Below are positions 56,094 to 64,000 of a stretch of 64,000 nt of DNA, one piece after another. The position numbers and the translations under genes were made by a program. This stretch comes from Eledone cirrhosa. Taxonomy: Eukaryota. Below the pieces are notes generated by a model. The model did not search any database and was not told the origin of the DNA. It was given only the letters and a program-made list of their open reading frames with translations. The DNA lies in assembly GCA_964016885.1 (NCBI GenBank), contig OZ024743.1, positions 31,496,001 through 31,560,000 of the forward strand, given 5' to 3'. Every line of letters begins with the position of its first letter. The first letter of the stretch is position 1.

Positions 56094-58152
56094 TCAAGAG
56101 ACATGTATCTTACACCTTATTAAAACCCAGACAAGCACCTAAATTCATCTTTGATATAGAAATTTGTAGAAGATATTCTTTATAGATTTGGGAGAGTTGA
56201 TTCAGCTATGCCATGATATAATCATCAATGATCAGCTAATGAAATAAAACCAACAGGAAAGTGTGTTTACAACCACTTTCTCAAACACCCTTATCTTGCA
56301 ATCTCACCATTTTCTGAGTGTGAATATATATATAAGTGTGTGTGTGTACATGTGTATGTGTATGTATGCTTTAATTCCTCCGGACCTTCATCATCAACAC
56401 TCATTAACACCACACGCCACACCCCAGACACATCTAAATCTCTCTTATATATTGTCACACATTTCAACATAACCTGATCTCAGTTTGACAAACGCCACAG
56501 ACGAATGCGAGAAAGTTCTCCAACCCAAGTTAACCAGTAATCTTTTAAAATCTTCCCACCGAAGTTAACAAAGAACTTACTAGATATACCAACTCATAAT
56601 ATTATAATATTATAAAATTAAATCAAAAATTGTTTAACACTACAAGTGAAGGCATTATTTTCCTTTTTTACAAATATACCTAACTATACCAAGGACCTCA
56701 CACATTTTCCAATATATATATATATATATAACAGACTGTGGTAAGTTTCTTTTGCAATGAATATCGTTTTGAATGACTACAGTTAAATATAGGCGCATAA
56801 TGTCAAATTAAATAATTGTTAGGAAATGAAAATATTATTCTTGAATTCTATTAAAGCTGATGTTAATGGGATAATTTTATTCAAACGATAGGACGTCTTA
56901 TGCAAGATAATCACAACCACCCCATTGTAGTATATTTTGTAAATATTATTCAAAACATTAAGGTGCCAGATTTTGAAATGAAGATGAAAGGTGATTGGAT
57001 CAATAAAACTATATTGCCAGGGGCTGATTAATTGCCATAATACTTTGAAAAGTAATGTCTGCTGTGCTAGCATCCTGGCTACACATTTCACATATGTCTA
57101 CAGCTTTCAATTACGTTAACTAGTTCACCAGGAAAAGTGATCTGGGGAGAGTCTCTTTGCAAAAAGGTAATAATAAAATTATTAATTCAACACAATGCGT
57201 ATTAATTTTGTAAACATGAATTAACGTTTCTCCGTTTGAATAAAGTTACTTATTTAGTCATGTATACTTGGATATTAGAATATAGTAATGTTTTATAAAT
57301 TTCTCACTGGAAGCTTTGTGAATATGACTAATGTACCGAATGACAGTCTATACGTGTTTGTGCGACATATTTTCCATTAGAATTGGCTGCTAAAGCAAAC
57401 AGAATATAATGATCCAATATCTGTTTGGTAGTTCTTTGATTCATATCAAAATAAAGAATGTAATTAAATATATTACAAATTGTATTGCAAATTATAGGTA
57501 CCAATTTTTATTTAGAGAATCAGGATATTAGCAATCTGTAGGTCGGTACCATTGTAAATGTCACTTGTATGAAATATGAAATAATCAGGGGATACCTTAA
57601 AAATAGCAAATTATATGGTGAAGGGCTTATACCAGTTATTTTACGTATAATGTTGTGAAATTAATATTAATTTTGAAAGAAGTACATGTATATTCATGAA
57701 CTGAAAATAAATTTAAATAAACCATATTTCTCATATATGTATTTTGAATACAGGTTATTGGGACGAATATAATAAATAAATATCAGTTAAGTGTTAATCT
57801 GTTTAGCATTCCATGGTTGATGACCACACAGGAAAAATACACCAGATGATAATATAGCGTTAAAAAATAGGGTACATCGTTTTAATCGTATTATATCGTG
57901 TAGTTACTTTTAAGCAGAAAACATCTAGATGGAGTCTTATATATACATACGTACGTGCACACACACAAAGCCACACATACACACTGACATACCCACACAC
58001 ATATAAATATATATATATAGTTAGGGAAGCAGAAAATTGCTTTTTGTGATCCAGTTCTTGGTTAAGAAAGCCAATTTCATGGACGGTTTCAACGTACGGT
58101 TAGGGGTAACTCCACAAGTTTGTAAGAATTCCGTTCAATCTTGGAGTATAAA

Positions 58153-58720
58153 GTATAAAAGAGAAAACACAGGTAAGCATTAAGAAAAGGAATTTATCCA
58201 GGTATTTACGACCATTTCATTGGTAAGTGCAAACTTATAATGCTATACTGCAAATAGCAGCCACTCAATTACAATTGTTGTTCACAGTCCAAATGTTTAA
58301 AATAGTAAGTTACTCTTGAAATAATTCTTAATATATAGAGAAAAACATTTATTTGGAATTGTATTTACTAGTATAGAGAGAGAGGAATCAGAAGGTGAGG
58401 GGACAAACGGAATAGTATAGAGAGAGAGGAAGGGGGAGAGTTAGGAAGTAGAGTGACAAACTGAGATGGAGGGAGAGATAGAGGTGGAAGGATTCCTTGA
58501 TCAGTTTTGATAGCAGACTTCATGTCGTGGAATGTAGTGAGTTAAAGCGAATTAAATTGATTATAGTGGCAGGGATGGATAGAGGGAGAGAACAACAAAT
58601 ATAATTGAGTGGCTGCTATTTGCAGTATAGCAATATAAGGTTGCACTTACCAATGAAACAGTCGTAATTACCTGGATAAAATCCTTCTCTTAATTCTTAC
58701 CTGTGTTTTCTCTTTTATAC
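58153..58720. repeat. Inverted repeat, ~120-bp arms
   Basis: 58153-58271 matches the reverse complement of 58602-58720. Confidence 0.75.
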
Positions 58721-58735
58721 TATATATATCTATAT

Positions 58736-58990
58736 CACCTTGATCGACCAGTCTGTCGGTGCCAATCGGCGCCGCTGGTCACAGCACGTCGTGCTGTAAT
58801 AGCCATAAGATAACGCCATCCCACTGGCTGGGCGGGCAGGCCGGTACTCATTTCTAGAGCTGAGTAAACTGGAGCAACGTGAAATATAGTGTGTTGCTCA
58901 AGGAAACAACACATCACCCTGTCCGAGAATTGAACTCACAACCTTTCGATTGCAAGCGCAATGCTTTAACTATAAGCCATGCGCCTTCAC
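58736..58990 (-). mobile_element. tRNA-derived SINE of a second (CORE-like) family
   Basis: Minus strand GGCGCATGGCTTATAGTTAAAGC (A box), GAGTTCAATTC (B box), TCCTTGAGCAACACACT and TTGCTCCAGT..CTCAGC..AAATGAGTACC. Confidence 0.8.
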
Positions 58991-58997
58991 ATATATA

Positions 58998-59237
58998 TAA
59001 TATTGTCTAAGTTCCTGAAATCTTTGGTAATGGAGTAGTTATATATTGTGTTGTTCACTGTTTAATTATATATATATTGATAGTCTGCGGCACTGGGACC
59101 GAGGAGACCCCTAATCAAAGAGGCAGGCAATACATGGTATGAAGCAGAGTAATTATATTAGTGAAAGTAGAGAATCTACCCTGGCTAGTAACGAGCCGAA
59201 AACACCGAATTCTCCATAGACCCTCTACTTTCACTAA

Positions 59238-59283
<46 letters not shown>

Positions 59284-59504
59284 AAATAACAGATTAAAGT
59301 TTAAGCAAAGAATCGCTGCTTTCACCCTTAACGGGATCTTTTGAAACTAAAGAAAGAAAGAAATCTGTGAAAGTAGCGATTATTTGCTTAAACTTTTATC
59401 TGTTATTTTAGTAAATATTTGCTCTGGGGTTCTTATATATTTCATATCTATTTATCCTTATCGAAGTCTTTTTTGATTTTAGACTTCACACTTATTATTA
59501 TTAC

Positions 59505-59542
<38 letters not shown>

Positions 59543-59960
59543 TGAAAGTAGAGAATCTACGGACAATTCGGTGTTTTCGGCTAGTTACTAGCCACAGTAG
59601 ATTCTCTACTTTCACTAATATAATTACTCTGCATCATACCATGTATTGCCTGCCTCTTTGATTAGGGTCTCCTCGGTCCCAGTGCCGCAGACTATCAATA
59701 TATATATATAATTAAACAGTGAACAACACAATATATAACTACTCCATTACCAAAGATTTCAGGAACCTAGACAATATTAATATACGTCTAGATTATTCAA
59801 CAGTCAGAGATGTTATGAGTAGAAAATATGATGATCGTCTGATGAACATCTAGCCGTAAATTAATATTGTCTAGGGACCTGAAACCTTTTGTATTGGAGT
59901 ACCTATATATTGTGTTGTTTACTTTCCAATTAAATAGCTCTGTTCTATACATAGAGCACT
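58998..59960. repeat. Nested fold-back cluster of pLTR-like repeats
   Basis: 58998-59179 is inverted at 59598-59779. Internal hairpins at 59155-59240 and 59536-59620. The insert 59280-59505 belongs to a family also at 8985-9060, 28290-28430 and 32233-32335. Weak HHR-like motif at 59835-59897. Confidence 0.75.
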
Positions 59961-61337
59961 CTTTTTTCCTTTGCTTTTCTTCGTAATTACCTAACACACA
60001 TATAGATATATGTGTGTGTGATGTGTGTGTGTGGTGTAGTGTGTGTGTGTATGTGTATGTGTGTGCATGTGTGTGTGTGTGTGTGTGTGTGTCTAGAGAA
60101 TCGATTGCTCAACAGCATAGACATACTGCAGCATATGATGAAAATATGGAGACATAATTCATCTTCAGTATCTTTCGTTTGAAAAGTACTTAAGTTCATT
60201 ATTTTATGTTAATATTCAAAATGTGCCTCCAAATACATGTATTAGTTTACATTTGACACAAGCAAAACTTTAAACATCATTTCTGTCTAAAGATGAATAT
60301 TTAAATACTAAATCACATTATCATTTACTCACACACCTGGGACAGAGGAGATCAATTGGGTGAGTTTGTACGTGAATCGCACGTGCAAAATCGATTAAAG
60401 CTAAAATATTTTGACAGGGATAATGCATTAACATATTACGACAAAAAGATTAGTAGTTAATGTCTGCCTATTCTTTTACATTCGAAAATGATGATTCCGG
60501 GCTAAAATATATAAATGTGCTTATCTTATTCTTAACCATTCATCAGTGGTCGCTGAAATTGAAATGCATTAAATCGTATTTACTAAGGTCATGTTGCGCA
60601 AGGTAAAAAAGTGATTTTAAGAATATTTCATGTTATATATTTTTAACGTAAAATTATCTTTATACATACTGGCGATGTTAGCTTTTCCAGGCACGACTCT
60701 TTGCTTCGGTTTCATCGTGCTAACTTTAGGTATATATAATTAATTGTTTCTACTTTAGGCACAAGGCCAGCAATTATCCAGTGCATTACTGGTACTTTAT
60801 AATTAGGTATATATAATTAATACCCACTACATAGAATGTACTGCTCATTAACCCGACCTATTTTACTGAATTTGTAGCGTTCATTTTCCAAAATCTTTTA
60901 AAGGATAATTGATTACTCATTTAAGGAGGCTATTAAATAAGTTTTTATTTTATCATTCAAGTGCAATCTGTAGATCTTCACAATTTAACCTGCATTATAT
61001 GTTAATTTCATTTTTGCTATATCTATTCCAATAACATTTGTGCAAATGGATATTGGCATTCATATTCATTTATAATATTCTGACTGTAATTAATTTAACA
61101 CACATCTGGAAATCTTGGTGTATGAAATGATAGTATTCCCTGCGGACAGGAAGTCCTTTGCAGACAGGCTCAAGCTTATGATCACATATATGCTTATGAT
61201 CACATATATGCGATGTATATATAATGTATTTTGCAATACACTTTATGCTTAATTCAAAGCATTTTGAAGACCGTAAGCTATTGTTTTAAAGTAGTGACAA
61301 ATTCACTCACTTTGATCTCAGCAAACAGGGGAGATAA

Positions 61338-61378
61338 GCCTACACACATGTTTCGCTTTGGTTGAAGCTTTTCAAGGC
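61338..61378 (-). ncRNA. Hammerhead ribozyme, U3-A8 variant (inverted arm)
   Basis: Minus strand GCC-TTGAAAA-GCTTCAACCAAAGC-GAAA-CATGTGTG-TA-GGC. Confidence 0.65.
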
Positions 61379-61620
61379 CAACTACCCCGCTACTTTAAAA
61401 CAATAGCTTACGGTCTTCAAAATGCTTTGAATTAAGCATAAAGTGTATTGCAAAATACATTATATATACATCCATATATATATTGCTATTTCAGAGCTCC
61501 AATTCTAATTTTTAATTTCTGCTTGACCAACAACCGCTCTGCATAATCAGCTCCTGATTATTTACTAGATCTCTCTAAGAATATAACATCATTGATCTCA
61601 GTAGACAGGCGGGGTAGTTG

Positions 61621-61662
61621 GCCTTGAAAAGCTTCAACCAAAGCGAAAAATGTCATGTCGGC
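61621..61662 (+). ncRNA. Hammerhead ribozyme, U3-A8 variant
   Basis: GCC-TTGAAAA-GCTTCAACCAAAGC-GAAA-AATGTCATG-TC-GGC. Confidence 0.62.
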
Positions 61663-61870
61663 TTATCTCCCCTGTTTGCTGAGATCAAAGTGAGTGAATT
61701 TGTCACTACTTTAAAGCAATAGCTTACGGTCTTCAAAATGATTTTAATTAAGCATAAAGTGTATTGCAAAATACATTATATATACATCCATATATATATT
61801 GCTATTTCAGAGCTCCAATTCTAATATATATATATATATATATATATGTATATGTATATATATATATATG

Positions 61871-61960
<90 letters not shown>

Positions 61961-61961
<1 letters not shown>

Positions 61962-64000
61962 GAATAACTTTGAATAACTTTGAAATGTTTTGGCCAGTAT
62001 TGGCCCAGGCCATGTCTAACTTAATAGCACCACCTGGCGAAGTCTTTCAATTCAGGATTTGGGCACCATGGCCCATTTGAGAAGAGAATTACTGTTTGCG
62101 GAGACATATCCGGGTGTGGGTGGTTTGTCCGGGATTACTTGGACGAATTTGTCCAAAGACTTCTTGAATTTTGTGTGGTCAGTTTCTGTTTTGACGTGTC
62201 CTGGTGTGATGTTGAAGAGAGCAGGGCCAATTGAGGTTAAATAATTGTGCCGTATTGTTGTTTTGAGTTGCGATTTAGATTTTTGTTTGGGACGGATAGC
62301 ACGGGGCCCAAGCCGTGGGTGTAATTTGAAGGTGATGCCAACATCATTTGGGCAGTGATGATGAAACATTTTCCACATCATGCAGATAATATAACGCTCA
62401 CGGCGACGCTGAAGTGAGTAAAGTTTCAGCTTTTCTAGTTGACCCCAGTAGTCAAGGTCTGACATGCCATCTATCTTTTTCGTGATTGCCTTTTGGGGAG
62501 CTTCAAGTTTCATGATACTTTGTTTCGTGTGGGGAGACCACAGTGGACAACAGTATTCAAGGTGTGGTCGGGCAAAAGTAGAGAAGAGAAGGATAATGGT
62601 GTGGGAATCTCTCGACTGGAAGGTTCTGAGGATCCAGGAAGACATTCTGCGGGCCATGTCAACTTTGCTGCTTATATGCGTGGCCCAGCTTATGTTGCTG
62701 TCCACGGTTACTCCCAAGTCTCTGATGTTGTTAGATGCCACGAGAGTTTCACCGGGGGGAAGGGAGTACGGGAGTTTCAGAGCATCCACTTTTCCAAAGT
62801 GGATCAGTTCGAATTTTTCTTCGTTCAGTAACATGTTGTTCTTTTCCGCCCATTGGGTAACAGCCAGTAAGTCTGACTGAAGGCTTATCCGGTCATCCAC
62901 GCCATTGATGACCTTTTGGAGCTTGGAATCATTAGCGAAAATTCTAATGTTGCTGTGTTTGATGATGTCAGTGATGTCATTAATATAGATGATGAAGAGA
63001 AGTGGGCCCAACACAGTGCCTTGTGGGACACCGCTACTGACATTGACTGGGCTGGATTTGACTCCTTCGACTACATGTTCGGTTCTGTTTGACAGAAAGC
63101 TCTTGATCCACTGCAGCAGCTTTCCAGTGACACCAATATTGGACAGCTTTCTCAGTAGAATGTTGTGATCAACCCTGTCAAAGGCCTTGTTGAAATCAAG
63201 GTAGAAAACATCAGTGTTGGAACCCTCTCCCAAGGCTCTCAAAATGTCATCAAAGTGATGCAGTAGTTGCGTCAGGCAATCCCTTCCATTACGGAATCCA
63301 TGCTGGTGGGAGTTCAGCATATTGTTACTCTCAAGGAAGTGAGTCATTCGCGATCTCACCACTCTCTCAAATACCTTAATGATATGAGAGGTGAGTGAGA
63401 TTGGACGGTATTTCACGGTAAGGGATTTGTTTCCTTTTTTGAAAACTGGGACAACAGACTTGGATAGAAGGTTTTCTGGCACATATCCAGCATCCAGTGA
63501 ATTCCGCCACAGATTGGCAAGAGGAGATGCAAGTTGGTGTTGACACGCCTTCAAGACACAAGCAGGGAACCTATCGGGACCTACTGCTGAATTATGCTTG
63601 ATTTCCTTTATTGCCGCTAAGACATCAGAGGCGCCAAACGTTATGACCGATAAGGTGTAATGGGGAGTAACATCGCCGATACAGCCCAGATCGGCCATAT
63701 CAGGATTGCTGAAAACAGAGCAGTATTGTTTCTGCAGTATCTCACCCATGGTTTTAGCATCGTCTTGAAGAGTGCCATTTTCATCAATTAGAGGGCCAAC
63801 AGTGGAGCCAGTGATTTTGTGTTTTTTTGCAAATGAAAAGAACACTTTGGTATTGAGTTTGATCTTCTCAATGGCCCAGGCCTCTTCAGCTCTTCTCTGA
63901 TTGTTGATGAGAGACATCATGTTGTTTTGGAGGTTATGTTTTTTTAATCTCTAGTTGATGTGTTGCTGCTGACAGTATTTCAGCTTGTTGATTTTTTTGT
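61961..64000 (-). mobile_element. CR1/L2-group LINE, 3' part (continues beyond the window)
   Basis: RT ORF, short 3' UTR with a TGGCC..GGCCA stem and a (TTCAAAGTTA)n 10-bp tail adjoining (TA)n. Confidence 0.9.
62052..63920 (-). CDS. CR1-group LINE reverse transcriptase (partial ORF2), catalytic motif mutated
   Basis: Motifs YRPISLTS, QHGFR, YLDFNKAFDRV, SGVPQGTVLGPLLF, RDLGV, RPHLEY and LYSLQRRRER. FADD reads FAND. Confidence 0.85.
   Translation of the reverse strand: MMSLINNQRRAEEAWAIEKIKLNTKVFFSFAKKHKITGSTVGPLIDENGTLQDDAKTMGEILQKQYCSVFSNPDMADLGCIGDVTPHYTLSVITFGASDVLAAIKEIKHNSAVGPDRFPACVLKACQHQLASPLANLWRNSLDAGYVPENLLSKSVVPVFKKGNKSLTVKYRPISLTSHIIKVFERVVRSRMTHFLESNNMLNSHQHGFRNGRDCLTQLLHHFDDILRALGEGSNTDVFYLDFNKAFDRVDHNILLRKLSNIGVTGKLLQWIKSFLSNRTEHVVEGVKSSPVNVSSGVPQGTVLGPLLFIIYINDITDIIKHSNIRIFANDSKLQKVINGVDDRISLQSDLLAVTQWAEKNNMLLNEEKFELIHFGKVDALKLPYSLPPGETLVASNNIRDLGVTVDSNISWATHISSKVDMARRMSSWILRTFQSRDSHTIILLFSTFARPHLEYCCPLWSPHTKQSIMKLEAPQKAITKKIDGMSDLDYWGQLEKLKLYSLQRRRERYIICMMWKMFHHHCPNDVGITFKLHPRLGPRAIRPKQKSKSQLKTTIRHNYLTSIGPALFNITPGHVKTETDHTKFKKSLDKFVQVIPDKPPTPGYVSANSNSLLKWAMVPKS

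Larger units (their letters stand above)
56850..61150 (+). pseudogene. Decayed protein tyrosine phosphatase domain exons
   Basis: RLMQDNHNHPIVV (~56893), PDFE..IGSI (~56965), I*NNQGIP (~57575), IALKNR..FNRII (~57853), PIL..FENDDSGLKYIN (~60467-60517), VAQ-G|GTAAAA donor (~60602) and YNILTVINLTH..MK**YS (~61071-61140). These fall in PTP motif order, with stops and frameshifts. Confidence 0.45.
61212..61825 (+). mobile_element. Retrozyme-like non-coding tandem element (316-nt unit) with inverted 5' arm
   Basis: 61390-61508 is repeated at 61706-61824. 61212-61390 is the reverse complement of about 61609-61787. Ends in (TA)n. Confidence 0.78.

Noticed and set aside
58602-58670. GAAA-CAGTCG-TA half-hammerhead in an inverted repeat
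   Set aside because: No CUGANGA box in either arm.

Overview
AT-rich animal genomic DNA with no intact host gene. The SINE families suggest an octopod cephalopod, which is an inference from recall. Almost all long ORFs in the track are artefacts of (TA)n/(CA)n microsatellites. The real content is a dense transposon nest. It holds four distinct Penelope-like elements (PLEs) with Naiad-type RT + GIY-YIG proteins and direct or inverted pseudo-LTRs, an apparently intact RTE LINE (1044 aa) plus a truncated copy, a head-to-tail pair of Tx1/L1-type LINEs bounded by (TCTA)n, a CR1-group LINE, a decayed mariner and tRNA-derived SINEs. The main hidden signal is a set of type I hammerhead ribozyme (HHR) motifs read by eye, from about ten unrelated repeat families. 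Most have the palindromic minimal stem III typical of PLE HHRs, and several have non-canonical cores (U3-A8, C3.A8, mismatched 10.1.11.1). Three sit in non-coding tandem units of about 316, 444 and 2368 nt that look like retrozymes or non-autonomous PLEs. In the 444-nt one the 5' breakpoint coincides with the predicted cleavage site. Scattered unique segments read as decayed exons of an EGF-FN3-TM-PTP receptor tyrosine phosphatase pseudogene on the + strand (moderate to low confidence). No searches or folding calculations were run.
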